DNA of 64,000 nt from an uncultured delta proteobacterium (GTDB lineage: Bacteria > Myxococcota_A > UBA9160 > UBA4427). Under the pieces are notes generated by a model. That model worked only from the letters and a program-made list of their open reading frames with translations. It was not told the origin of the DNA and made no database searches. Shown one piece after another: positions 27,201 through 38,600 of the stretch. The stretch is from positions 32,001 to 96,000 of the forward strand of contig CAWGJT010000010.1 of assembly GCA_963822965.1 (NCBI GenBank). The letters are read 5' to 3'. The translations under genes were made by a program, and so were the position numbers. Position 1 is the first letter of the stretch, and every line of letters starts with the position of its first letter.

Positions 27201-28298
27201 ATGGGCAGAACGGCTCGCCTTGGCGTGCGCCCGGAGCTCGGCCGCACATGGCGGCGGCCCCGGTGGTTTCGACGGCCGCCGGCGGAGGCGCCGGTCTCGG
27301 AGGCCCCCTCGGCCCTGGAGCCGCCGCCCGACCCCGCGGAGCCGGTGCCTCCGGAGCAGCCGCCTGCCACGCTGCCGCCGGGGCGGCAGGTGGCGCTGTC
27401 GCGCGGCGGCTCGATCTTCGTGCGCGAGGTCGAAGGCCCCGCCGATGCGCCGGTGCTCCTGATGCTCCACGGCTTCATCGCGAGCGGGGGGCTCAACTGG
27501 CACCCTGCCTTCCATCCCCTGGGCGCCCACTTTCGCGTCATCGCACCCGATCTGCGGGGTCACGGCCGCGGCTTGCGAGGGCTGCGGACCTCCTTCTCGT
27601 TCGCGGCGTGCGCCGACGACCTGGCGGCCCTGCTCGAGACGCTGTCCATCGAGTCGGCGATCCCGGTGGGCTACTCGATGGGAGGGCCGATCGCCCAGAC
27701 CCTGTGGCGGCGACATCCGGGGCGCATCGGGGGTCTCGTGCTCTGCGCCACCTCGCCCCGCCTCGGCGTGGGCGGGCGACTCGGCGCCAGGCTGGTGGCG
27801 CCGGCGCTCTCGGCCGCGGCCATCACTGCGCGCATCGGCCAGGTTGCCACCCCCATCCCGGCCGCCCTGCGACGCCTCCTCGGCGAGCTGGTGGGCAGCG
27901 ACCTCGACGCGCCGCACGCGCGCTGGGCCCTCGGAGAGATCAGCCGCCACGACCCGCGCATGTTGATGGAGGCCGCCGCCGAGCTCCAGCGCTTCGATGC
28001 GGTCGCCTGGCTGCGCTCGATCGACGTACCCGCGGCCTGCATCATCACGACCGAGGACAAGACGGTTCCGCCCGAGAGCCAGATCCTGAACGGCCTCCAC
28101 ATCCGCAACGCGAAGGTCTACTGCGTCGAGGCGGGGCACCTGGCGCACGCGGACCCGAGGTTTCTCGCCGCGCTGGTCACCGCCTGTCGCGACGTCGCGG
28201 GACGCTCCGCCACCGCTCCGCCGCCCCGAAGGCGCGCCCGCATCCGCCGGGGCGTCGAGGCGTACGTCGACGCGCTCCTGGCGCCGCCGCGCGCCTGA
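27201..28298 (+). CDS. Alpha/beta-fold hydrolase (lipase/esterase-like)
   Basis: LMLHGF, APDLRGHG, nucleophile elbow GYSMGG, EDKTVP, AGH. Confidence 0.9.
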   Translation: MGRTARLGVRPELGRTWRRPRWFRRPPAEAPVSEAPSALEPPPDPAEPVPPEQPPATLPPGRQVALSRGGSIFVREVEGPADAPVLLMLHGFIASGGLNWHPAFHPLGAHFRVIAPDLRGHGRGLRGLRTSFSFAACADDLAALLETLSIESAIPVGYSMGGPIAQTLWRRHPGRIGGLVLCATSPRLGVGGRLGARLVAPALSAAAITARIGQVATPIPAALRRLLGELVGSDLDAPHARWALGEISRHDPRMLMEAAAELQRFDAVAWLRSIDVPAACIITTEDKTVPPESQILNGLHIRNAKVYCVEAGHLAHADPRFLAALVTACRDVAGRSATAPPPRRRARIRRGVEAYVDALLAPPRA

Positions 28299-28440
28299 GC
28301 GACCCCGGTCCCGAGCCACTCGGCGTCCCGATCTGCCCCATCCTCCCTCGGGCCCACGCCGTAAGAGCCACGGTCGGGTCTCGTGCCGCCCGCTCTGGCC
28401 CACCCTGGCTCCGGCGCGAGACTTGCACCAACGTAGAGCG

Positions 28441-30060
28441 ATGACACCCACCGAGCCGACGCCTTCGACCGCCGGGGAGACTGCCGGGGAGACCCCGAAG
28501 CGTGCTCGCGCGCGGCCCTCGCCGGCTGCAAAGCAGGCCCCTCCGAAGACGGGGAAGGCCGTGAAGGCCGGGACGCCAGCCCGTTCCCGCAAGCCTCCCG
28601 CCTCCCCGGAGCCCGCTCCCACACCCGAATCCGTCCCCCAGCTCGACTACGAGCGGCTGTCCACCCAGGACAGCTCGCTGTTGATGTTCGAGCATCGCAC
28701 GACGCACATGCACGTTGCGGCGATCGGGGTGTTCGAGGTGGGGCCCCTGCGCAACGAGGCGGGTGGGCTCGACGCGCGGCGGATCGCGCAGTACGTGGAG
28801 TCGCGGCTGGGGACGATTCCGCGCTATCGGCAGAAGCTGGCCTTCACGCCGCTGCAGCGGCACCCGGTGTGGGTAGACGACGAGCACTTCGACCTCGACT
28901 ACCACGTGCGTCACACGGCGCTGCCGCGGCCCGGTACCGAGGCGGATCTCAAGCGCCTGGTCGGGCGGATCCTGTCGCAGCCGCTCGACCGCGACCGGCC
29001 GCTCTGGGAGATGTGGATCATCGAGGGGCTCGAAGGCGATTGCTTCGCCCTGCTGACCAAGGTGCACCACTGCATGGTGGACGGGGCGTCGGGGGTGACC
29101 CTCATGACGCTGCTGTTCCGCACCGATCCCGACGCCTCGATTCCCCCCACCGAGGCGTGGTTTCCGCGGCCCCAGCCTTCCTTCTGGCAGCTGGCGGCGG
29201 ACGAGGTGGCGGACCTCGCAAGCGGGCCGCTCTCCATCGGGCTCGACCTGGTGGGCTCGCTGCTGGATCCCCAGGCAACCTTGCGCGCGGCGCGCGAACG
29301 CGCGACGTCCGTGGGCGAGGCCCTGCGCGCGGGCTTCCACCTGCCGTCGGGCAGCGCCCTCAACCAGCCCATCGGCCCGCACCGCCGGGTGGAGTGGCGC
29401 ATCTACGACCTCGACGACTTCAAGCGCCTGCGCCGCCGGCTCGGCGGTACGGTGAACGACGTAGTGCTGACGGTGGTGACCGGTGCGGTGCGCCGCTTCC
29501 TCGAGCGCCGCGGCGAGGATCTGGAGGCGATCGACTATCGCGTGGTCATTCCGGTGAACATGCGCTCGGAGTCGGGCGATCCCGAGGCCGCGAACCGGGT
29601 CTCGGCGTTCTTCATGACGCTGCCGGTGGGCGAGCCCGATCCGGTCGCCCGCTTCGACGCCGTCCGCGCCGAGACGGCGCGCATGAAGACGTCGCATGCG
29701 GCCGAGGGGATCGACTTCTTCACCCAGCTCATCGACCGCACCGGCTCGACCCTGCTCACCGAGCTGGGCGTGCGGCTCGCGGCCCGGGTGCAGCCCTACA
29801 ACCAGATCGTCAGCAACGTGCCCGGCCCGCAGTACCCGCTCTACGTGCTGGGCGCGCGGCTGCTCTCGCTCGCGCCGTTGCCGCCCCTCTTCGAGCGCCA
29901 GGCCATGGGCACGGCGGTGATGAGCTACGACGACCGCATCTGCTGGGGCATCGTCGCCGACCGCGACACGGTGCCCGACTTGGGCGCCCTGGCCGACGAC
30001 GTGGACGCCGCCCTGGCCGAGCTGCGCGAGGCGGCGCCGGAAGAGCCCGGTCGAGGTTGA
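28441..30060 (+). CDS. Wax ester synthase / diacylglycerol acyltransferase (WS/DGAT)
   Basis: Catalytic HHCMVDG; PLDRDRPLWE; GTVNDVVL; SNVPGP. Confidence 0.93.
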   Translation: MTPTEPTPSTAGETAGETPKRARARPSPAAKQAPPKTGKAVKAGTPARSRKPPASPEPAPTPESVPQLDYERLSTQDSSLLMFEHRTTHMHVAAIGVFEVGPLRNEAGGLDARRIAQYVESRLGTIPRYRQKLAFTPLQRHPVWVDDEHFDLDYHVRHTALPRPGTEADLKRLVGRILSQPLDRDRPLWEMWIIEGLEGDCFALLTKVHHCMVDGASGVTLMTLLFRTDPDASIPPTEAWFPRPQPSFWQLAADEVADLASGPLSIGLDLVGSLLDPQATLRAARERATSVGEALRAGFHLPSGSALNQPIGPHRRVEWRIYDLDDFKRLRRRLGGTVNDVVLTVVTGAVRRFLERRGEDLEAIDYRVVIPVNMRSESGDPEAANRVSAFFMTLPVGEPDPVARFDAVRAETARMKTSHAAEGIDFFTQLIDRTGSTLLTELGVRLAARVQPYNQIVSNVPGPQYPLYVLGARLLSLAPLPPLFERQAMGTAVMSYDDRICWGIVADRDTVPDLGALADDVDAALAELREAAPEEPGRG

Positions 30061-30581
30061 GCCCGTCCTGCCCCTGGCAGGTCCGTCCCTCGTCGCGGCA
30101 CGGACGGGGCGTCTTCGCGGTCGCGCCCATCGCCGAGGGGACGCGGATTCTCGAGTACACGGGGGAGCTCATCTCCCTGGAGGAGGGCGAGCGGCGCTAC
30201 CCGACGCCGCCCGAGGGCGAGAGCGAGGAGCCGGAGCACACCTATCTCCTGATGCTCGACGACGAGCGGGTCATCGACGCCAACGTCGGCGGCAACGACG
30301 CGCGCTTCATCAACCATTCCTGCGCGCCGAACTGCGAGCCCATGGCGTTCGGCGATCACATGTGGATCGTGGCCGTCCGCGACATCGAGCCCGGCGAAGA
30401 GCTCGGCTACGACTACGCGATCGAGCTCGACGAGCCCCACACCCCGGCGCGCAAGCGGCGCTTCCCGTGCGCGTGCGGAGCCGCAACGTGCCGCGGCTCG
30501 ATCCTCCGGCCGAAGCGTCAGCCGTTGGATCCCCTCGTGCGTCGCGCCCGGGCGCGCTTCGGTCCCCGAGCGCCGCGCTGA
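30057..30581 (+). CDS. SET domain protein-lysine methyltransferase with post-SET motif
   Basis: TTG at 30057 overlaps the WS/DGAT stop. HGRGVFA, EYTGE, ARFINHSCAPNC, EELGYDY, CACGAATCRG. Confidence 0.9.
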   Translation: MSPSCPWQVRPSSRHGRGVFAVAPIAEGTRILEYTGELISLEEGERRYPTPPEGESEEPEHTYLLMLDDERVIDANVGGNDARFINHSCAPNCEPMAFGDHMWIVAVRDIEPGEELGYDYAIELDEPHTPARKRRFPCACGAATCRGSILRPKRQPLDPLVRRARARFGPRAPR

Positions 30582-30588
30582 CTCCTGG

Positions 30589-32064
30589 CTAGGACGCGGG
30601 AGGGGTGTCGCTCGCTGGCGGCGGCTCTCGGCTCGTCTCGAGCTTGCGGGCCTCGCGGTCGAGTGCGGCCTGGCCGCCCGCGCGCTGCGCCGTGATGGCG
30701 GTGCGGATCGTGTCCAGCTCCTCTTCGTCGGGCTCGCGCACGCCGGGGATCCAGGCAAAGAGGTGCGAGGCGGACTCCGCGAAGAAGCCCGGCGCGGGGC
30801 GTTCGTTCGTCAGGTAGACGATGCGCTTGCCGATCGTGTAGGTGATGACCGTCGCGTTCGCGCTCGGTGCCGGCATCGAGCCCGCCTTCTCGATCCAACC
30901 CTTCGCGTCGGACGAGCTCTTCTTCGGGCCGGGCGCCCAGAAGAAGCGCGTGCCCTGCTTCTCGGCGTAGACGCCTTCGGGCCGATAGGTGGTGGCGTAG
31001 ACGACGACGTCCGGGGCGACCTCGTACATCAGTACCGGTGCGGACGTCACCTGCGCCTCGGGCAGCGCGGATCCGGATCCGGAGGTGGAGCTCGTGGTGC
31101 TCGAGGGTCCGAGCGCGATGGTCGTGTGGATCACCGTGACGTTGCTGCACCCGTAGATCGGCGTGCCGTAGGCGCTGTGCCACGTCTGGACGCTGCCGTA
31201 GGGACACGAGTACCAGCCGTAGTAGTAGGGGTAGTAGTAGTACGGCTCGATGTAGTAGTGGTTGATGTCCGTCTTGACCGTACCTCCGTAGCAGGTGCCG
31301 CCGCTGCAGTGGGCGCGCCCGTAGGTGACGCTGTCACCGTCGGTCGCCGCGCCGCGCGCGTAGACGTCGCCGCCGTCCTTCACGATGGTCCCGGCAGCGG
31401 CGCCCTCCTTGCCGACGACGGCCCCTTGCGCGATGAAGCCGTCGTCGGTCTTCTTGACGACCCCGGCGCTCTCGGCGTCGACGCCGGTGCTCGTCTTGAC
31501 GCTGCCCTCGCGCTCGACCCAGTCTCCGTTCCGCTCGGAGGAGGCGGTGCGTTCGATCGTCTCGCCCTTCGCGTTCTCGGCCTGTCGCGAACGGTCGACG
31601 CCCTGCACCTGGCCGTCCTTGACCTGGATCTTCGCGCTGCCGCTGCCGGAGGCTCCGGACGTGGAGCTCCAGGAGCCCTCGCGGGTCAAGCCGTCCTCGC
31701 CCCGCGTGACGCTGCTCTCCCAATCGACGCTCTCGCCCCGGCGGTTCTCGAAGCTTCCGCTGTTCGATCGCGACTCGCCGGCCCGACCGTAGCCGCTCTG
31801 CCCGCTGGCTCGACTCCCCTGGCCGGACCCCCTCGAGCCGCCGCCCGCGCGCGAGCGGTCGTAGCCGCCGATCGATCCGTTCCGCGCCGCGCCGCCGCGC
31901 GAGAAGCCTCCCGATCCGCCGCCACCCCGAGCGCCGCCCCCGAATCCGCCGCCGCCCCCGCGTCCGCCCCCACCGCGGGCAGCCAGATCTCCCGGTGCCG
32001 CGAGCACGAACAGGCAGACGAGAACGAAGATCGCCCGCCGGGATCTCCACGCGGCCGTACTCAC
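30589..32064 (-). CDS. Secreted Gly-rich / Tyr-rich hypothetical protein
   Basis: Signal peptide; RGGG-rich N-terminus; YYIEPYYYYPYYYGWY; overlaps the DUF2092 stop. Confidence 0.7.
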   Translation of the reverse strand: MSTAAWRSRRAIFVLVCLFVLAAPGDLAARGGGGRGGGGGFGGGARGGGGSGGFSRGGAARNGSIGGYDRSRAGGGSRGSGQGSRASGQSGYGRAGESRSNSGSFENRRGESVDWESSVTRGEDGLTREGSWSSTSGASGSGSAKIQVKDGQVQGVDRSRQAENAKGETIERTASSERNGDWVEREGSVKTSTGVDAESAGVVKKTDDGFIAQGAVVGKEGAAAGTIVKDGGDVYARGAATDGDSVTYGRAHCSGGTCYGGTVKTDINHYYIEPYYYYPYYYGWYSCPYGSVQTWHSAYGTPIYGCSNVTVIHTTIALGPSSTTSSTSGSGSALPEAQVTSAPVLMYEVAPDVVVYATTYRPEGVYAEKQGTRFFWAPGPKKSSSDAKGWIEKAGSMPAPSANATVITYTIGKRIVYLTNERPAPGFFAESASHLFAWIPGVREPDEEELDTIRTAITAQRAGGQAALDREARKLETSREPPPASDTPPAS

Positions 32065-33026
32065 GATGCGTCTCCACGCGGCGGGCCACCGCCGCCCGCC
32101 TCGAACAGCCGGTCGACCAGCTCTTCGAACGAGATGCGCTGGGCTCCGATCGGGGGCGAGAAACGGAACACGTCGTCCGGAAGCTCGGCGTTCGCTTGCC
32201 AGTCTTGCAGGCTCGCGCGGAACTGCGGGCTCCCGGGCTCGTCCCGGTAGTCGATCACCAACCGCCGGGGCACGGGGGCGTCGCCCTGCTCGACGAAGAG
32301 CTGGAAGTCGAGCGACGACGTGCGGAAGGCGAGCTGGTCGCAGGGCCTTCCGTCGAGCTCCACGGTCCCCACCTGCGCGCCCGACTCGATCAGCGGGGCG
32401 AGCCGTGCGTAGAGGCCGGGCTCGAAGAGCTCGGCGAGGGGCAGGGGGGCGCCGAGCTCCTCCTCGAAACGTGCGAGTGCTTCCTCCAGGCTCCCCGACT
32501 GCTCGGTCGACGCGTACACGTTCTGCGAGGGCGCCGCGGCGGAGAGGCGCGCTCCGTCATAGACGACCCACTCGACGGGACCGTCCCAGTAGGTGACCTC
32601 CGCCCACAGTCGGTCCGGGCGCCGGAGCGCGATCCGGCGCTCGCTACCGAACTCGATCCGCTGCCCAGAGGCCTGCACGGCGTCGTAGCGGACTTCCGCC
32701 CGCACACGGAAGGCGGCCAGCGACGCCAGATGGCGGGACATGCGTTCGAGGATCGCCAGGGCCGCGGCCGTCTCCGCGGGATCTTCCGCGGCCAGCGCGA
32801 CCGCCGATTCCCCTGCGTCGCGAGCGGTGCCCCCGGGAAGCCATGAGCAGGCGCCCAGGCCGAAGCAGGCGCAGACACAAGCAACGAGCAGGAGACGCGC
32901 GGCCCGGGTGGCACTCGCTCCGAGAGGGAGCCCGCTCACGAGACCCCGTGTCGGGAGAGCTTCGTCAGGGAGAGAGTCTTCCAGCAGAGCATCGTCGGGG
33001 AAAGCGTCGTCACGAGGAGCGATCAC
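32061..33026 (-). CDS. DUF2092-family periplasmic protein / lipoprotein (start uncertain)
   Basis: [59 protein letters not shown] lipobox. Confidence 0.8.
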   Translation of the reverse strand: MIAPRDDAFPDDALLEDSLPDEALPTRGLVSGLPLGASATRAARLLLVACVCACFGLGACSWLPGGTARDAGESAVALAAEDPAETAAALAILERMSRHLASLAAFRVRAEVRYDAVQASGQRIEFGSERRIALRRPDRLWAEVTYWDGPVEWVVYDGARLSAAAPSQNVYASTEQSGSLEEALARFEEELGAPLPLAELFEPGLYARLAPLIESGAQVGTVELDGRPCDQLAFRTSSLDFQLFVEQGDAPVPRRLVIDYRDEPGSPQFRASLQDWQANAELPDDVFRFSPPIGAQRISFEELVDRLFEAGGGGPPRGDAS

Positions 33027-33054
33027 GGGTCACGAGGAGGATTCCATGGCGCGG

Positions 33055-33060
33055 AGTATA
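33055..33060 (-). promoter_or_regulatory. Putative -10 box (TATACT) for the DUF2092 operon
   Basis: agtata on +; an 11-bp direct repeat gtcacgaggag lies at 33009 and 33029. Confidence 0.35.
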
Positions 33061-33218
33061 GCCGCAGGGCGGCGGCCGACTCCCCGGGCGTCCGCGCGGG
33101 TTGCTCGCGCCCAGGCGAATGGCTCGGGAACGGCGCCCCACGGCGTTGTGAGCTAAACACCCGTCCCTCGACGGGACGTGTGAGCGCATCGCGATCCCCT
33201 CCGGAGAGTGCTGCCTCG

Positions 33219-34863
33219 ATGGCCATCGATCGACAGGTCAAGCGCGAGATCGAGCGTCGCCGGACGTTCGCCATCATCTCGCATCCGGACGCGGGCAAGA
33301 CGACCCTCACCGAGAAGCTGCTGCTCTTCGGCGGGGCGCTGCGCGAGGCGGGAGCGGTGCGCGCCCAGAAGGCCGCACGCCACGCGACGAGCGACTGGCT
33401 CGAGCTCGAGAAGCAGCGCGGCATCTCGGTGAGCAGCTCCGTGCTGCACTTCGACTACGAGGGGCTGCGGGTCAACATCCTCGACACGCCGGGTCACCGC
33501 GACTTCAGCGAGGACACCTATCGCACCCTGATGGCGGCCGACAGCGTGGTGATGCTGATCGACGCGGCGAAGGGCGTGGAGGCCCAGACCCGCAAGCTCT
33601 TCCAGGTGTGCCGCCTGCGGCGGATCCCGATCTTCACGTTCGTCAACAAGCTCGACCGGAACGGCCGCGAGCCGCTCGAGCTGATGGACGAGATCGAGTC
33701 GGTGCTGGGCATCGACGTCGCCCCGGTCAACTGGCCGATCGGCGCCGGCAGCGACTTTCGCGGCGTGTACGATCGGGAGCGCTCGCGCGCGCTGCTCTTC
33801 TCCGGCGGACACCACGGGGCCCAGCGGGTGGACCAGCGCGAGATCGGCGGCGGCCCTCGCGCAGCCGAGCTCGAGGCCGCGGTGGGTGCCCTCGCCGGCG
33901 AGCTCGCCGATTCACTCGAGCTGCTCGACGGCGCGCGGCGCCGCCGCTCGATCTCGGCACGCGTTCGCGCGGGCGAGCAGACGCCGATGTTCTTCGGCAG
34001 CGCGCTCACGAACTTCGGCGTGCAGCCCTTCCTCGAGGCCTTTCTCGAGATGGCGCCGGCACCGAGCGCGCGAGCTCTCGGACAAGGGCCCGATCCCGCC
34101 GGCCGAGACGCCCTTCTCGGGGTTCGTCTTCAAGATCCAGGCGAACATGGACCCGGACCACCGCGACCGCATCGCCTTCCTGCGCATCTGCTCGGGGCGC
34201 TTCGAGAAGGGCGCGAACGTGCGGCACGTCCGCACGGGCAACACGATCCGCCTGGCGAACTCGACGCTGCTGATGGGGCAGGGGCGTGAGGAGATCGTCG
34301 AGGCCTTTCCCGGAGACGTGGTCGGCCTCTTCGACCCGGGCATCTTCGCCATCGGCGACACGCTGTGTCAGGCGCCGAGCCAGGAGACCAGCTTCGAGTT
34401 TCCCGGCATCCCGAGCTTCTCGCCGGAGCACTTCGTGCGGGTGGACGTCGCCGGGGTGAGCAAGCGCAAGGCCCTGGCGAAGGGAATCGACCAGCTCGTG
34501 CAGGAGGGCGCCGTCCAGCTCTTCAACGACCCGATGGCCGCGAGCGCCACCCTGATCCTGGGCGCGGTGGGCCCGCTCCAGTTCGAGGTGCTGGCACACC
34601 GCCTCGCCAGCGAGTACCAGGTGGACCTGAAGCTCGTCCCGATGCCCTACACGGCGGCGCGCTGGCCCGTCGCGGGCTTCGATCCGAGCATGTTCAGCTA
34701 CAGCGAGACGGTTCGGGTGGTGCGCGACCGGGAGAACCGACCGGTTCTGCTCTTCAAGACCGCGTGGAGCCTCTCCGCCACCCAGCAGCGCCACCCCGAC
34801 CTGGTGCTCTCCGAGACGGCCGACCAGCGGCAGTTCTCGAAGGACCTGGCCGCGCTGCGCTAG
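33219..34863 (+). CDS. prfC: Peptide chain release factor 3, frameshifted near 33935-33960 and ~34070 (probably assembly indels)
   Basis: [32 protein letters not shown] in ORF 33180; [22 protein letters not shown] and [11 protein letters not shown] in ORF 33886. Confidence 0.93.
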
Positions 34864-34892
34864 GGGCTTTCTCGTGCGGAGGAACCGCCGAC

Positions 34893-35321
34893 CTACGAGC
34901 CGGTACCGGGCGCGGAGGCGGGTTCCTTTCGGATGCGCAGGACCACGTGGGCGTCCTCGGCGATGGGCTCCGACAAGGTGCCCTGGATCTCGGCCCGGGA
35001 TCGCGTGGGGAAGACCTCGGCGACCTTCACCCAGCCGATGGGGTGCTCTCCGTTCTGGATGAGGCCCCAGGATCCCGGTCGAAGCGGAGCCCCGTCGCTG
35101 CCCAGGTTCACGATCACGCCGACGGGCTGGCCGTTGTCCGACTCGACGTCCAGGATCGCGGCGTGCCGGTACTGCGGCCCGGTGTCGGTCTGGGTCGCGC
35201 TCGCGGAGACGTCGGGCAGCGGCTGGCGCGTCGTTGCCTCGCTGGCGCAGCCCGAGAGCGCCGCGATGATCAGGGTCGTTCCCAGACCCAGGGTCATGCT
35301 CGATTGCGCCGTGTTCCTCAT
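34893..35321 (-). CDS. Hypothetical lipoprotein
   Basis: Lipobox LIIAALSGC; 142 aa. Confidence 0.7.
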   Translation of the reverse strand: MRNTAQSSMTLGLGTTLIIAALSGCASEATTRQPLPDVSASATQTDTGPQYRHAAILDVESDNGQPVGVIVNLGSDGAPLRPGSWGLIQNGEHPIGWVKVAEVFPTRSRAEIQGTLSEPIAEDAHVVLRIRKEPASAPGTGS

Positions 35322-35604
35322 ACCGTTCGACCCCGACCCAGCTCCGGATTGGCCCCAGGCGCCGCTGCCCCTTGGGATGTCCGGCAGGTCGGGCTGGTTC
35401 CCTGACAGTCCCCAGGGGACCGGGAATGGGGGCCGGGAACGCCTCGCCTGTCTCGCCTGGCTGCGCGATCCTTCCCCTCGACAGGGGCGGCGGGGCGCGA
35501 GCGACGGACCGCGGGCTCGTCACCCCACTCCGCGAGCAGGGACCTGCCGTGGCGATCTCTTCGCTGGGGTTTCGCTACTCGCCCTGCCGAACGGAACGGC
35601 GCGC

Positions 35605-38600
35605 ATGATCTTTGCGTTCGGCGAGTACGAGCTCGACGAGGAGCGTTTCGAGCTCCGGCGGTCCGGCTGCCCGGTCGAGGTGCAGCCGAAGGTGCTTGCG
35701 ATCCTGCTGCATCTCGTGCGCCACCGGGATCGAGTCGTCTCGAAGAAGGACCTTCTCGCCGCGGTCTGGCCGGACACGGTGGTCACGGAGAACTCGGTGG
35801 CGCGCGCCGTGAGCCTCGCTCGCCTCGCGGTCGGCGACCGGGTCGCCAAGCCGGTCGCGATCGTCAACGTCGCACGCCGAGGCTACGCCTTCCGGATTCC
35901 CGTGCGGGTCCTGTCTGCGGGTGCGGGTCGGCTCGTCGGCGAGAACGAGTCGCGCGAATCCCGCTATGTCGGTCGCGCCCAGCTCCGCGCACGGCTGCAC
36001 GATGCGCTCGACGACGCCCTCTCCGGCAGCGGGCGGGTCCTCTTCCTCGCCGGCGAGGCCGGCATCGGCAAGACCCGCACGGCGGAGCTCTTGATCGAGC
36101 GCGCGCGCGCGCGCGGCGCCGCGGTGTCAGCGGGCTCGGGCCAGGAGGACGACGCCACGACCTACCAGCCCTGGATGCGCCTCCTGCGCGGTGTCGCGTC
36201 GGCTGCTCCGGGCGCCCGGGGCGACCTTTCGCCCGAGCAGCGCAACGATCTCGCGCTGCTCCTGCCCGAGCCCGGCGTGGCGCCTCCCGCCGCGGATTCC
36301 TGCGATGCAGTCGCGGAGGGAAACCGTCTCCCGCTCTTCGAGGCAGTGCTCGCCTTCTTGGCGCGTGCCGCCGCGTTGGTGCCTCTCGCGCTGTTCTTCG
36401 ACGACCTGCACGCGGCCGACACCGAGTCCCTGGCACTGCTCGAGTTCGTCTCGCAGGGAATCGGCGCCCTGCCGATCGCGCTGATCGCCACGCGCCGCGA
36501 GCCCGAAGCGCGCCGCGCGCCGGAAACCGATCGCAAGGCAGACGCAGACCGTGAGCAGGAAGGGAGCCGCACGCCGCAGCGCTCTCGCTGGATCGATCGT
36601 CTCCTGCGCGCGACGACGCTCGAGCGCTGGCCGCTGGACGGATTGCGGCGCGAAGAGATCGAGGCCTTCGCGCGGCTGCACCTGGGACGGGAGCCGGCCC
36701 CGGCGCTGGTCGTCGCCCTCGAGCAACAGACGCAGGGCAACCCGCTGCTGCTCGGCGAGAGCCTGCGCTCGCTCGAGGCTCGCGGATTGATCGCGGAATC
36801 GCGCACGAGCGACGAGTGGGAGGCGCTCCTCCCGAGCGGGATCCGACACCTCTTGCAGCCGAAGCTGGAGGGGCTCTCGCCAGACGGGCGGGAGCCCCTC
36901 GGATGCGCGCTCGCGTTCGGAGTCGAGGTGGAACGGGCGCTACTCCGTCGCTGCGTGGCCGATCCGGCCGCCCTCGATCGGCACGTGCAGGAGTGGGAGG
37001 AGGCCGGCTTCGTGGTCGCGAGCGCCGATGCCGCCCGGCTGCGCGTCTCGCACGTGCTCGTACGGGAGGCGCTGTACGCCGAGCTGGTCCCGCCGGGCGA
37101 CGCCCGCCGCGCGGTCCACGCGCGCATCGCGGCGGTGCTCGAGGAGCAGGGGAGCTCGTCGCCCGAGTCCGTCGCCGCGCGAGCGCGCCACGCGTGCGAG
37201 GCGGTACCCAGCGTGCCGGTGTCCAAGGCCGTCGCGCTCGCCGAAGCCGCGGCCGCGCAGGCGACGCGCCTCGCCGATTTCGACGGCGCCGCCGCGTGGC
37301 ACCAACGCGCGCTGGACGCGCTGGAGCGCGGCGGCTCCGACGACGTCGAAGCGCGCATCGGCGTGCTGCTGGGCTTCGGCGCGGCGCAGACGCGCGCGAG
37401 TGGTGCCGAGCGCGCCCAGGCGAGCTACGGAACCGCGGGAGATCTCGCCCGATCGATCCGGCGCTTCGACCTCTTCGGCGAGGCGGCCCTGGGCTTCGCG
37501 CACCAGCCGAGCGCCAGCGGGCAGAGTGATCCCGAGGTCCTGGATCTCCTGGAGGAAGCGCTCCAGCAGCTTCCGCCCGCACACGAGGCGCTGCGGATCC
37601 GCCTGCTCGCGAGGCTCGCGGCCGAGCTCCGCTACCTCGATTCGCGGCGCGCGGAGGCGCGGATGGACGAGGCGCTCGCGGCGGCCCGACAGCTCGGCGA
37701 CGCCGAGGTACTGGCCCAGGCGCTCGAAGACTGCTCCTTCCTGCGCTGGAGCCCGGCCGACACCGAGGGGTGGATCGCGCTCAACAGCGAGATCGTGCGC
37801 ACGGCGCGGGCCGCGGGCGATCTCGAGCTCGCGCTGCGCGGGCAGAAGGGCCGCGTCACCGGGCTGCTCGAGCTCGGCGACCTGGTGGGGGTCGACCGCG
37901 AGCTGCGCGCCTGCGAGCGCACGGCGGGGACGCTGCGAACGCCCTACGCCCGCTGGCTGGTGGCGACACTCGGCGCCATGCGTGCACTGCTGGACGGCGA
38001 TCTGGGCGGGGCCGAGCGCCACGTGATGGAGGCCCACGCCCTCGGCCAGCGCGTCGAGTCCACGGACGTCGCGGTCGAGCTGCAGGCACAGGTCGTCTAC
38101 CTGCGGCACGAGCAGGGCCGCACCGCCGAGGTCGAGCCGGCGATCCGTGCCCAGGTGCAGCGCTTTCGCGAGGCACCCGCGTGGCGCGCGGTGCTGGCGC
38201 GGGCGCTGGTCGCGACGGGCCGTATCCCCGAGGCACGCCGCGAGCTCGGGGTGCTGGCGCGGCGCGGATTCGCGGACGTGCCCCGCGACCGGGGTTGGCT
38301 GATGACCCTGGCGCTGGCGGGCGAGGTCGCAGCGGCCACGGGAGACGAACGGGCGGCGGCGGCGCTCGAGCGGCACCTCATCCCGTACGCGCGTCTGGCC
38401 GTAGTGGGAGGGAGCGGCGGGCTCTACTACGGCTCGGTGGCGCATCATCTCGGTGTGCTCGCGGCCGCGCGCTCGGAGTGGGACGCTGCGCTCGGACATC
38501 TCGAGGCGGCGCTCGCTCGCGAGGTGCGCGCGGGCGCCCGGCTGTGGGAGGCGCGCACGCGGCTCGCTCGGGCCCGGGTGCTGCGCGATCGGGGCGACCC

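Noticed and set aside
33930..34080. Programmed ribosomal frameshift in a release factor gene
   Set aside because: That mechanism belongs to prfB (CTT TGA). This is prfC, it has no slippery site, and several indels cluster here.
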